From the NCBI RefSeq assembly GCF_032191835.1, contig NC_083234.1, positions 61,070,001 to 61,134,000 of the forward strand: a stretch of 64,000 nucleotides of DNA, in the 5' to 3' direction. The position numbers were made by a program, and so were the translations under genes. Positions 47,678 to 60,075 of this stretch are shown one piece after another. The stretch comes from Heteronotia binoei (lineage: Eukaryota). The notes under the pieces were generated by a model. The model saw nothing but the letters and a program-made list of their open reading frames with translations. It did not search any database and had not been told where the DNA came from. Within the stretch, counting starts at the first letter, position 1. Each line of letters opens with the position of its first letter.

Positions 47678-49769
47678 CTCTACCACCTATCTGTTGTTCC
47701 CACCTCCTGGGTTTTAGTATGTAAGCACCTCAGGGCAGAGACCTGTTGCCTGGTGAATCTGCTACGGAAATAGGGAGGGACACACCACTGCCCCTCTTGG
47801 TCTTGTTGGCAGTGATGCTTGCAAAATCTCTCTCTTGGGACTATTCACAAGTTGGGTTGCCAAACTTTCCTTCCTGTGCTTTAAGCAGCCTGCCTGGCAT
47901 GAGAGATTCAGCAAGTGAGGCTTTTAAGGTGGAAAAGGAGTTGCCAGCTGAATTTCTGCACTCCACAGCTGAGGTTAAAGGCACAGCAGCAGTCCCGGTT
48001 AAGAAGGTTGGCAACTCTTTTTTTGCAGGATAAATCACCACATTGCTCCAACTTATTCCTGACCTGGAAACCGCCCCCCTCTTTTGTGTATATCAGTGTG
48101 GGTGTTAATTGTGCATTTAAATCTGCCCTCTTTTTGCTGTGTGCATTCTTACTGGGGAGGTTTCCCAATCCTCTTTAGCAGGATTTCAATTTTAAAAAAT
48201 TTGCCGCTTCAAATGCAAATTGCCAGAGGATATTTTGAATGCAGGGTCTACTGCGGCAGACGTGACCAATAAACTTTGCATCTGGAACCCACATTTACCT
48301 AATCGTAGCTGAACGAGGGGGAAAAAATCTTTTTCTCTGTCCCGTTTTGCTCTTATAAACATTCCTCTCCGCCAGCTGTGGCTGCATACCCCTTCTTTAT
48401 GACATCAGGAATGGCTATCCTAAATCTTTGGAACGTTGTTGTCTAGGCTAACAAAACATCCATCACTGGGGCCAGGCTGTGTGTGGGGAAGGGGCATGGG
48501 GAGCAGGGCTTTCAGATCATCCTCACTCCCTCAAGAGGGCTGCATTCATCTTGCATTTTTATGCAGTTGCCATTTTCCCTGTTGTTTCTGCATAAGCCTT
48601 TTGTATGCCAAAAGAACATTAAAAAATGCCTTGTAAATAAATAGTGGGAACTTCAACAGAAGATGAATCTGGGGGAAGAATAAAGACCTGCGTGTTCATT
48701 TCTCACCGAGGGAGCAATGAAATCAAATGGAGTGATTCCAATCAAACCAGCTACCTTTTGAAAGACGGTCTTATCCCTGCAGGGCTTTTATGTTGCAAGA
48801 ATTTCTCTCTCTTTCTCTTTCTCCTCCCATCTGCACCTCTGTGTACAATGTTATACTGCACCCTTCGCTGGGATTCCCCCCTCCCATAAAGGGGGGTGTC
48901 TCTCATAAGGGACAGTTGGTTTTATTGATTCCGTTTCAGCTGTTTGCTACGCCCCAAGATGGCAGGCACTCATGCACAAGAGAGAAAGAGAAAGGATGGG
49001 GTGGGGGGTTAGCCCTACTGTGTGCCCCTAGCAACTCTGCTGAGAATATGCTATTGAAAGCTATAATATAGTGGGTTCAATGCATGGAGGAGACAAGGTT
49101 GCAGTGATCATAGCTTTTTATTGAGTTACAGCATGGTAACGAGTAAGCTAGATGAATGCTGTACTGGGCCAACGAAGCCAACGTTATACAGTCCTGGGTT
49201 CCCGCTCTAGAACGCCATTGGGTCATTTGAACCAGCTGGGGGCCTGTGATTGGAGCAGGGATTTGGATCCTACTGCCCATTGTTCCTGAGTCCCCAAGCT
49301 CCGTCCTCAGGGCTCCAATGAGTCAGGCAGGAACACTGGTAAATGAAACCTGAAGTCCAAACACACAACAAAGGCTTTCACAGACGGAGTCCATTGGTTG
49401 TTGTAGATTTTCCGGACTGTGTGGCCGTGGTCTTGGCATTGTGAGGCCAGTCACAGTTGCTGGCAAAACTTCAGGTCTCACAGTGCCATGACTATGGCCA
49501 CACAGCCTGGAAAATCTACAACAACCAATCTGCTGAGAATCTTGCCCTGTTTCTTGGTCACACTAGAGTGTGCCAGGATGTTTGGAAACCGGTTCTGAGG
49601 GGGTGCACCAGTGCGTTTGTTGCTTCTGAGTAATAAAAATGGAAGCATCACAAATGGGTTTCTGCCCAAAGGAGCTTACAGTCTAAACGTCAACAAGGAT
49701 CTGGTGTGGGGGACAGAGGCAAAGTACCAGGGGATGAGGATGAAGATCCATGGCTGAGGAGATTCAAAG

Positions 49770-49977
49770 TTTTTTTTTTTTTTTTTTAAAAAGCAGGAAC
49801 GGACAGGAACGGAGTTCCAGCTGGCTCGGTGTCAGGGTGTGTGGCCTAATATGCAAATGAGTTCCTGCTGGACATTTTCCACGAAAAGCCCTGTGTGAGA
49901 CAATGGTGATGTCAGGGGGTGTGGCCTAATATGCGAACGAGTCCCTGCTGGGCCTTTTCTTTTTAAAAAAAGCCCTG
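49770..49977. mobile_element. Octamer-bearing hAT MITE (reverse orientation)
   Basis: Homologous to 30776-30978; left end degraded into poly-T. Confidence 0.75.
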
Positions 49978-50350
49978 GGGAGCTTTATTATCAGCCTTGA
50001 AATACTGGAGTTCTATAAGGAATCATTATTAAGGAATCACGAGCTGGGTGAGTCAATAAGTGGGACACCCCCCCCCCCCTTACAAATCTCCTACTCTGGG
50101 ATTCTGTAAGTGTATCAAGAACAGGTCCAGTGTTGCTTCAAGGGCTTAAGCAACTTAATTCTTGCTCTATGGAGCCACGGGACATCTGTTTTATTTTTGC
50201 TGAAGCAGAATAATGGAACTATAAACTACCGGAGTTGGAGGGGCCAGTTTTGCCTTTTCTTCTCTGTCTCCCCCTGCCCCCCTGTCATGAAGTGAATCTC
50301 AACTGCTCTCAACATTCAGTGTCTCTTGAAGCCTACTTATTCCTCATCAG

Positions 50351-50538
50351 CAGGGCTTTTTTTGTAGCAGGAACTCCTCTGCATATTAGGCCACACATCC
50401 CTGATGTAGTCAATCCTCCAAGAGCTTGCAGGGCTTTTAGTACAAGGCCTACTGTAAGCTCTTAGAGGACTGGCTGCATCATAAGTGTGTGGCCTAATAT
50501 GCAAAGGAGTTCCCGCTACAAAAAAAAAAAAAGCCCTG
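50351..50538. mobile_element. Palindromic hAT MITE
   Basis: Perfect TSD ctcatcag. Confidence 0.88.
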
Positions 50539-51962
50539 CTCATCAGGTTAATCTTTTATAGGAGGAAAAGGGTTCTGGTTGTCAATCTGCAAAGATAAGG
50601 ATTCCTCTGAATATTTGGAGAGTCCCCTGTTTATGTAGGAACCTGCAGTCCTGACCATGGCTCCCCGTTTGGAAACGATGCTGAATAATATAATGGCCCT
50701 GAATGAAGCTGGAAGAGCCTGCCCATTTCATGTGTTTGTCATTAAGATTCTGCATCAACAAAACGACTATGGGTTATGTGGGAAATGACTTTTGCCTCCC
50801 TAGCTTTGCCTGGTGGTTGTTGGTGTCATCTCTGACCCAGGGTCTAGAATCTCCCTCCTTCCCGCTCTCTTTTCTTTCTTTTTTCTTTTTGCCTTTCTCC
50901 TCTTGGGAGAAATCTGTGTACCGTTAAGTTGCTGGGAACTGTCAAATCCCCTCTCTTGACCATGTAAGGGATGGCTTGGCTAATGAGCCACTGCCAGGAA
51001 GAAAAGGATCGCTCCAAAATTAACCTGAGCTTGGCATTCAGCTTGGGTTTCCGCAGCACAGATGCTTCCCTCCTCTCGCTATGCTGGAACGGGAGTGGAG
51101 GAAGGCGATGGCCCATGGGGTTTGTGGTGGTGCGGAATTGCCCTAGAAAAACTGAACTGTGCTCTCCAAATCTGGTGGAGGTATTGGATCTCTTGCTTAC
51201 AGTGTCTTCTTTTGGGGGGGGGGAAGGAGGGAGGAATCCTGGTGTACGTTTGGCTGGGCCTTCAGAAGCAGGAAATCATGGCTTCTATTTATATCTGGCT
51301 GTTTATAACACACAAATCGTGACAATCCTAAATCTCTCTTGGAGAGAACTGTTTTGACCAGCCACGCAGAGCTGTGCTCAAGAGGCCTGCGAGGTGGGGT
51401 GGTCTCTGAGAGACTGCAAAAGACTTGCAGCATTCCACTTGGTGTGGAACAGGCAAGAAGGCTGGGGTCGGTGGGGGAATAGGGTGGCCAGCTCTGGTTT
51501 GGGAAATACCTTTGGGATTAAGGGAGGGGGAAGGACCTCAGCAAGGTATAATGCCATCAAGTCCACCCTCCAAAGCAGCCATTTTCTCCAGGGGAACTGA
51601 TCTCTGTTGCATGGAGATTAGTTGACGATGCAGTGTTCCCTTTAAGCTGAGAAAGTGTGAGCTGGCTCATACATTTTTGTCTTAGCTCAGGGAAAATGGC
51701 TCCAGAGCAAATTAATTTATGCAGTAGCCCACAACTTTAATGCCAGTAGTTCACAAAGTAGAAGTTTTCCTCACAGGACTCTACAGCTTAGAGGGAGTAT
51801 GAAGTCTCAGGAGATGTCCAGCCACCACCTGGAGGTTAGCAACCCTATGTAAGAGGGCTCATGGTTTGCCCATTTCACCTTTTCCACATTTCCTGGGGTG
51901 CCGCCTTATCCGAGGCTGTGCCAGTCTTTGTAGCTGCATAAAATATTGGCCTTGTTACAAAA

Positions 51963-52338
51963 AAGTGAAAAACCCCCAAACAAAACCACTGTAATATCTT
52001 ATTCCAAAGTGCAAATTAATTGACCCGTTTCAATATGACAAAAGCCACAGTTTGTTTAGGGACATTCTCAAAGTCCATCAGCTCCTCATTTTAAGGCGAC
52101 CTTGAGGAAGGATCTTTGATTTGAAATAGTCTCCTTAAGATCTGGATGAGTGCATCATCACACCACACAGCTGCATGACCTCTAGGAAGAGGGGGGGGGG
52201 TGGGGTTTGCTGTGGAATTAAAAAAGGAACTCCCAATTGATCTCTTCATTTGATGGAGTTTGTCATATTGAAACAGCTCAATTAATTTGCACTTTGCAAT
52301 AAGATATTACAGCGGTTTTATTTGTTTGTTTTTCACTT
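51963..52338. repeat. Inverted repeat pair (about 85-bp arms, about 205-bp spacer), probable old MITE
   Basis: 51963-52047 is the reverse complement of 52254-52338 with about 10 differences. Confidence 0.75.
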
Positions 52339-53026
52339 CAAATATTAACCTGATAGTTTCTCAGGGATGGGGGCCACAGCAGAAAAGGCCAGCCTGCTGT
52401 CACCACCTGGCATACCCCAGAAGGTGATGGAACTCCGGCCAAACCATCTTCCAGTGATCTAGCCATCCAAGGAACTGTCTGCTGATTTTTCACAAGAGGG
52501 GAAGGCAGAAAGGTCAATCGAGTCGCCAGCTTTAGTTTGGAAACTACTTGAAGATTTGGAGTGGGGGGGAGCCTGGGAAGGACACAGTTTGGGTAGGGGA
52601 GGGACTTCAGTGGGGTATAATGCCATAGAATCTGCCTTCCAGAGCAACTATTTCCTCCAGGGGAACTGACCTCTATCACCTGGAGGTCAGTTGTAATCCC
52701 AGGTGATCTCTAGCCACCACCTGGAGATGGCAACCTCAGGGGAAGTAAACTTTCCAGTAGTCAGAGTTGTGATTATGTAGAGTTTCAGATGTCATTTCAA
52801 CCAGCCTTTTAGATTATACCCTGAAGGCACAGAAGAGGGAGCTAACTATGTGGCTTCTTCCCTCATAGTAATTAGCTGGAGGAACTTGCTACCACAAGGT
52901 GTAACAGCCAGGATCTGAGTTGATTTTAAAAAGGGATTAGACAGACTCTTGGAGGTCCCTCAGTGATAATCAGCCATGAAAACCAAATGGGCCCTCCATG
53001 GTCAGACTGTGAAACACCTGTGAAAC

Positions 53027-53325
53027 TGGAATTCACTGCCACAGGAGGTGGTGGCAGCTACAAGCATAGACAGCTTCAAGAGGGGATTGGATAAACATAT
53101 GGAGCAGAGGTCCATCAGTGGCTATTAGCCACAGGGTATTGATGGAACTCTCTGTCTGGGGCAGTGATGCTCTGTATTCTTGGTGCTTGGGGGGGCAACA
53201 GTGGGAGGGCTTCCGATGGACCTCCTGATGGTACTTGGGTTTTTTGGCCACTGGATGACACAGAGTGTTGGACGGGAGGGGCCTTTGGCTTGATCCAAGA
53301 TGGCTTCTCTTATGTTCTTATGTTC
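53027..53325 (+). mobile_element. CR1 LINE 3' end
   Basis: Same family as 41993-42246; ends ttatgttcttatgttc. Confidence 0.87.
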
Positions 53326-53841
53326 AGTTCTGTGTGGGGCAACAACGTAGGGAAGTTTCAGTCTCTGTGCCCTGCAGGTAGCATTCTGAGAATGTTTAGT
53401 TGGCCCCTGCAGGGGAGGGGAGATGTTAGACCAGCCCAGCAGTGCCTGTGTGGCATTGTGGATGGAGTAAGTCAAGTCATTCGAGGACCCTACAATCCTT
53501 GTGTTCAAATCCCTACTTCTAGCAAAGTGACTGGCCTACCTCACAGGATTGTTGTGAGAAAATGGAAGAGGGGAGAACAATATTCTAAGGGGGGGAAGTG
53601 GGATATAAATAAACACAGCACATACAATGCAGGGCTCTTCTTCTGTTCTTATGAATTCAGTGTTGTTGGTGTTGAATAAAACAGATGTATTGGATCAGGG
53701 TCCCCCCCCCTTCCGGTTTCTTGTTTTAGCCTTACCACTACAGGGATAGTTATTTCATCTGGCTTCAGACTATGATTTGCAACTGCTCACTAGAATTTCA
53801 GGTGGAAAAGGTCTTTCCCAGCACTAGCTACTTGAGGTAAT

Positions 53842-54210
53842 TTCAAAATAAACTGTAGACATGGGTGGAGACTTTTGGTGTTCCATTCGTGATTTAGAAG
53901 GAGAGAATAAGGAACCGCTTATTAAAGGAATCCTCACGGTTTCGCTTATCAAGTTCTTCTTCAGCCTTTTCTCCCGACATTACATGGAGTCACAGTACTT
54001 TTTTCTATAACACAGATCAGCTGATAGCAGATGTTAAGAGCATTCATTGAAAAAAGTACTGTGGCTCCGTGTAACGTTGGGAAAAAAGGCTGAAGAAGAA
54101 CTTGATAAGCGAAACCATGAGGATTCCTTTAATGTGGTTCCTTATCCTCTCCGTCTAAATCACGAATGGAACACCAAAAGACTCCACCCACATCTACAGC
54201 TTATTTTGAA
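53842..54210. repeat. 369-bp imperfect palindrome (about 167-bp arms)
   Basis: 53842-54008 is the reverse complement of about 54045-54210 at roughly 90% identity. Confidence 0.85.
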
Positions 54211-55758
54211 GAGGCACTCACCAGTGAGAGACTGACACAGTGACTTTGTGGGGGTTTTCAAACAATATGTGTTCTCTTGTCTTATTTTATTTTGCATTAA
54301 ACAAGAACGCATTTTCATTTACGCACTTACAGTGTGATAGTATTATTGCTTCCGGTGTTTTTTGCAGCTTTCTGCATACACTGGTCCCAGTTGTTCTAAT
54401 CACTTGACGTAATTTGACTGGAAATGCTTGAGCCTGAATCTGGGGCTTCCTGCGTGCAAAGCAGGGGTTCTGCAGCTAAGCCGCAACTTCTGCCCTGGGT
54501 GAGCATACAGTTGCAGCTGTCTCTCTCATATCACTGAAGCCATTTAGGGTACATCTGTATTGCATGTATAAATGACCAAGTTAATATTTTAATACTTCAA
54601 TCATTTATGTTTTTATTAATATTTGATTGGCACAAATGACTTCCTGGGTCAGGCGTTTCCTGCTGTGATGAATGAGCTGGCTTCCACATCATTTGCGCTG
54701 CTCAAGTGGACATCTGCCTCCAGGCTGGGGGTGGGATAGAATGAGGTCTTTCTTGGAAAATGTCTCCTGGAATTTCCCACCATGCAACGGTCATCTTTCA
54801 AGAGCCCCTGGCATCCTGACAAGAGTGACTATCTCACTTTCTGTAAGCAACCAGAGAAGGGAGCATGGTTCTGGGACCAGTGAGAACCATAGGAAAGAAA
54901 GCAGCCTGGAGTGCCAGGAAGTCAAAGTTGAACCGAGTTCAATTTCCATATATGTAAAATTACACAGTCAGAATCCTTCACTCCTTCTCATATAACTCAG
55001 AAGGCTGGCAACCTGCGTGTGTATGGAGGGCAGTTTCCTGAATGAGGTGAGGACGGAAGCCTGTTAAGCTACCTTGCCTGGCTCTCTACTGACTTTTTCA
55101 AGCTGCCAGGTGAGAATTTGGGCGTCTTTGAGCCACGGGTTGTAATGTTCTCTGGGGTTTTGTTTGGAGACTGTTGCATGGAGGTTGGGAGAGCAACCAG
55201 TCAGCACAACCAGCCTCTTTCAGAGGCAAGAATCCTGAAATGTTTAGGCCTTTCGTGAGAGTGTTTGTCACAAGGGGACCAAAGGATGTCAGAAAGAACA
55301 TCCATCCTATGCAAGTAGCTGCATTTGGCTAACACATTAAAATTAATTGTATTAAATTGTTACTTGTATTAACTATTAATACAATTCTGATTTTAAAAAG
55401 TCTGTGCCTAATCTTCATTAATTATTCCAGCTTCTTGGCACTCAGTTGAAAGGTGAGGACGTGTTTGCTGCTTATTGTACAGATGTGTGGAATCTCTCTG
55501 GGCATGTTTTCCCATGTAGCTATGGAAGAGAGCCAAACTTGCTTGGAGATGCCGGGATGGATCTCTCGTATATGAGGGCAGAAGGGGCTGAAAGGGGTGT
55601 GTGGTGACATCGGGACTGGGGAAACTCATCCTGCTGGATAGGCCTGGCTTTCACAGCCAGAAGGGAGAAGGGTCTCTTTGACATTTTCTCTGCAAAGTGC
55701 CACCAAGTGGTCAACTTGTGTGGACCCCATAGGCGTTTCAAGGCCTGGTTTGCCCTTA

Positions 55759-56097
55759 CTAGTTTGGTGTAGGGGTTAAGTGTGCGGATTCTTATTTGGG
55801 AGAACCAGGTTTGATTCCCCATTCCTCCACTTGCACCTTCTGGGATGGCCTTGGGTCAGCCATAGCTATCTCAGGAGTTGTCCTTGAAAGGGCAGCTACT
55901 GTGAGAGCCCTCTCAGCCCCACCCACCTCACAGAGTGTCTGTTGTGGGGGGAGAAGATATAGGAGATTGTAAGCCGCTCTGGGTCTCTGATTCAGAGAGA
56001 AGGGTGGGGTATAAATCTGCAGTCGTCTTCTTCCTCCTCTTCTTACTTTTCCTCCTCCTCTTCTTCTTCCTCCTCTTCTTTTTCCTCTTCCTCCTTC
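55759..56097 (+). mobile_element. Squam3-like SINE with expanded (CTT/CCT)n tail
   Basis: Homologous to 21024-21309. Confidence 0.85.
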
Positions 56098-56124
56098 TGC
56101 AGAGCAAACCTGAACTTTCTTGGT

Positions 56125-56215
56125 GGTTCCCCATTCAAAAACTAACCAGGGTCAACCTTGCTTAGCTTCTGAGATCCAACGAGATCAGGCTTGCCTGGCT
56201 TATTCACATCAGGCC
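56125..56215 (-). mobile_element. 5S-derived SINE fragment
   Basis: Reverse complement contains gatctcgttggatctcagaagctaagcaagg. Confidence 0.7.
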
Positions 56216-56760
56216 TTTGATAGACTACCATCTCTTTATTGGCTGAATGAGTTCTGGCAGGCCCGGGCTATCAAAACCCAAGAATCAGATTGACTTGAGA
56301 CCTTTTTACACATGTGGGAGAGGCAACTGAAAAGGATCTGTTCTTTCTTTGTGGTGTCTGTGTGTGAGAGAGACTATGGGGAAAAGAACATGACCATGCA
56401 TAGAATGGCATCCTCTGTACTCAGTTGAGTCTCAGAGCAGGGAGGGGAGATCAGGTGTCCAGCCTCCAGGTATTACAAGTTCCATATTAGGTTAGTCTTT
56501 CTCTGTTTCGTTTATTTCATTTATCTCTGCACCATAGCTCTCTAGTGATATGCTAACAGAAATCAAGCTTGCATTTATGTTAAGGTATAAAACCTGACTG
56601 GATTCCTTTTCCAAAGAGCTTGGTTTGATGGGCCTTCAAACTGAGAAGGAAGGGAACAAAAGCAGGAGGTGGGAACAGGTAGAGGGGAAGCCCCTCTCCA
56701 AAAACGCTGCTTTAGAACTGATCAAGGGAAATACTTCTTCATCCAAAGAGTCATTAACAA

Positions 56761-57290
56761 GGAACTCACTGCCACAGGAAGTGGTGGTGGCTACAAGCAT
56801 AGATAGCTTCAAGAGGGGATTGGATAAACATGTGGAGCTAGGGCTACCAGCCTCCAGGTGGGGCCTGAAGATCTACTGTTTTTACAACTGATCTCCAGCT
56901 GGTAGAGACCAGCTTTCCTGGAGAAAATGGCTACTTTGGAGGGTGGACTCTATGGCATTGTACCATGCTGAGGCCCCTCCCCTCCCCTCCCCAAACCCCA
57001 CCCTCTCCTGGATCCATCCCCTAAGTCTTCTGGTATTTTCCAACACTGATCTGACAACCCTAAGGAGCAGAGGTCCATCAGTGGCTATTAGCCATAAGTT
57101 ATAGATGGAAAACACTGGGCAGTGATACTGTATTCTTGGTGCTTGGGGGGCAACAGTGGGAGGGGTTGTGAGGTTCTGGCCTTGTTGGTGAACCTCCTGA
57201 TGGCACCTGGGTTTTGGCCATTGTGTGACACAGAGTGTTGGACAGGATGGGCCATTGGCCTGATCCAACATGGCTTCTCTTACGTTCTTA
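56761..57290 (+). mobile_element. CR1 3' fragment interrupted by a TAGGG-type hAT MITE (56839-57062)
   Basis: CR1 sequence ggataaacatgtggagc resumes as ggagcagaggtccatc after the MITE. Confidence 0.8.
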
Positions 57291-57552
57291 AGTCCTTAAG
57301 AGAGGATGGAAGCTGCGAGGGGTCCTTACTGAGGAGAACAGAAGGACTTTCCCTCTTGTCCCTGAGAGTGGCCTGTCAGGCATTGGGGCAGAAGCATTAT
57401 AGGATCTTCCTTTTGAAAGGGAAAGAGCAGCTACATGGAACCCTGATCTGGACCTTTTATGAATATTCTTCCTCCATGAAACAGGGTGTTTGGGGGGAGG
57501 GAGTACCTTTATTTATATATGCATGTGTGTGTGTGCACCTAGAAGCCATTGC

Positions 57553-57960
57553 GACCTCTGGTGACTGACCTCAGCTGGGGGCCTGTATGATATTCAGGTA
57601 ACTGAATGAAGCTTGCCTCCGCCTCCTGACTGCTGGTATTCCAAGGAGGTCTCCCATTCAAGTACTGACTAGAGTTAACCGTGGCTAGCTTCCAAGGGGA
57701 GGGATGGTGGCTCAGTGGGAGAGCATCTGCTTGGTAAGCAGAAGGTCCCAGGTTCAATCCCCAGCATCTCCAGCTAAAAAGGGTCCAGGCAAATAGGTGT
57801 GAAAAACCTCAGCTTGAGATCCTGGAGAGCCGCTATCAGTCTGAGTAGACAATACTGACTTCGGTGGACTGAGAGTCTGATTCAGTATAAGGGAGCGTCA
57901 TATGTTCCTATGTTCAAGATCTGAAGAGATAGGGCTTGTCTGGGCTATCCAAGTTAGGGC
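57553..57960 (-). mobile_element. 5S-derived SINE split by a Squam2-like SINE
   Basis: 5S-like halves at about 57553-57695 and 57916-57960. Confidence 0.65.
57696..57915 (+). mobile_element. Squam2-like SINE
   Basis: Homologous to 16932-17148. Confidence 0.85.
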
Positions 57961-59274
57961 TCCATGAAGCAGTTATAAACATTGATTCCTAGTTCAGTCT
58001 TGGTTCAGAGTCCCCCAGCCTCCTGCATTCAGGTACCCTTCCAGACTAACTTGCCTTGACACATGGTGTCTCCTCCTGTTATACCTTTTTAGGTGAAAGT
58101 CTTCTTCCACTGGGAAAATAAGAACCCAGCTTGTCACTTCCCTCCCAGCAGTTGAGCAGTTCACCAACATTCCATCACTGATGACTTTTCATCTTCAGCA
58201 GTTAGGATGCTTGTGAACCTTCAGTGACGTCATAGCAATTTAGCTGAGTGTACCGGCTGGGCTCTGTGTGTTAGTGGATGGGCAGGTGAAAGGCACCGTA
58301 TGTTTTCCAAGAAACACAGTGTTCAAGGGAAGTATTGCATCACAAATCCTGGGGTGAATTCATGGCTAAAATTTCTTTATGGGCCGATCTCAGCGGCTTG
58401 TGTAACATTTGAATATTTCTCCGCCAGCCCTTGCTGTCAGGCAATTTTCCTTGCAGATGAGCTATTTGATGAAAATCCTCCTTACTATTGCCCTGAGTGA
58501 TTATATATCGCTTTTCATCCCAGGCAAGCATGACTGTCTTTTAAATATTTCATTGCCTCTTCTATCGGCGTGCCTGCCCAGTTCCACTGACCTTTCTTGG
58601 AGGAGACTTGGGCTCCTCGCAGTCCACCTATAATTCTCCCCAGTTCCTTTCCCATAGTATGCAAGCCTTGGCTTATCTGTCTAATGTGCAGACATTACCA
58701 TTAAAAAAAATGTTTTATAGATGAGGAAATGCCACTCTGGAGTTAGGTGGGTGGCTTCATCTCTTTTCCCACCCCTTGCTTCTCCATCCATTTGCCAGCC
58801 AATTTGTGATTGCAAAATCCCCCACGTTGGCTCCTAGTGAGTTGTTTCCATAATACCACACAAATTAGATCCGAGCTGTAAAAGAAACAGAGGTAATTTG
58901 TTAAATTCTTTATTGAAAGCCTTATTTTCAGCTTCACTCATGGCTTGAACACCCAGCGGATTCAGAGAGTGGGACCTCAGGGGACATCTGATGGGAGGCA
59001 GGCAGTGTGGTGTCGTGGCCGGAAAACAGGATGTGGTTTGGGGAGACCTAAATTCAAATCTCCACTTGAAGATGATGCTCACTGGCTGACCTTGGATCAG
59101 TCACTCTTTCCCAGATTGGTATAATGTGGCTTTGAGTCACAACTGACTCACTGACCCCTTGAAGTTCCACCTCACGAGGCTTTCAAGGCAAGAGATGAGC
59201 AGAGGGGCTGTCCCTGCTTAGCTTCTGAAAGCTGGACTAGTTTGGCTATTGGAGTTGCTGCAACCTAATTTGAT

Positions 59275-59359
<85 letters not shown>
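59275..59359 (+). repeat. (GATA)n microsatellite, about 21 units
   Basis: Direct reading. Confidence 0.98.
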
Positions 59360-59479
59360 CCTATGAGGCACAAGAAAAATAAAAAAATCTCAATATTAAA
59401 AAAGGCTGTAAAACAAACCAAGAGCCACCCCCCGACATAAAACAAACAATCAGCAGCTTAAAATTTGGAGATCAAGTCC

Positions 59480-60075
59480 TATGAGGAGAGGCTGAAGGAG
59501 CTGGGTATGTTTAGCCAGGAGAGGAGACAACTGAGAGGTTATGTGATCACCATTTTCAAGTACTTGAAGGGCTGTTATCTAGAGGATGGTGCAGAATTGT
59601 TTTCTGTTGCCCCAGAAGGTCAGACCAGAACCAACAGGTAGAAATTAAATCAAGAGTTTTTGGAAAACATTAGGAAGAACTTCCTGAGAGTTAGAGCGGT
59701 TCCTCAATGAAACAGGCTTCCTCAGGAGGTGGTGGGCTCTCGTTCTTTGGAGGTTTTTAAGCAGAGGCAATCTGACAGCAATGCTGATTCTGTGAATTAG
59801 GCAGACCATGAGGGCAGGAAGGGTTGTGCCATTTCTTAGTTTTTGTGGCCCTTTCTTACATGCTCAGGGAAATGCTGATTGCCACTTTGGGGTCGAGCAG
59901 CGATCTTTCTCCAGGCCAGTTTTGCCAGGGATCCTGGAGGTTTTTCCCCATCTTCTGAGTGTGGAGCAAGGATCACTAGGTATGTTTGGAGGGGAGGTAT
60001 TTGTGAATTTTCTGCATTGTGCAAGGGGTTAGATTAGATGACCCTGGAGGTCCCTTCCACTCTATGATCCTATGA
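59480..60075 (+). mobile_element. CR1 LINE 3' fragment (second subfamily)
   Basis: tatgaggagaggctgaaggagctggg...tagatgaccctggaggtcccttcc-ctctatgatcctatga typical CR1 3' end. Confidence 0.85.

Noticed and set aside
53164-53679. 171-aa ORF
   Set aside because: Starts in a CR1 3' UTR fragment and runs through SINE remnants.
55431-55452. 22-nt exon-like unit (ttccag| ... AAG|gtgagg)
   Set aside because: Not a multiple of 3 and has TGA in phase 2; no supporting homology.
58458-58523. Exon-like unit with GC donor (MSYLMKILLTIALSDYISLFIP)
   Set aside because: Exits in phase 1, incompatible with the phase-2 KCNT1 5' exons; no homology recognised.
59218-59445. ORF with YLSI repeats
   Set aside because: Translation of the (GATA)n microsatellite.
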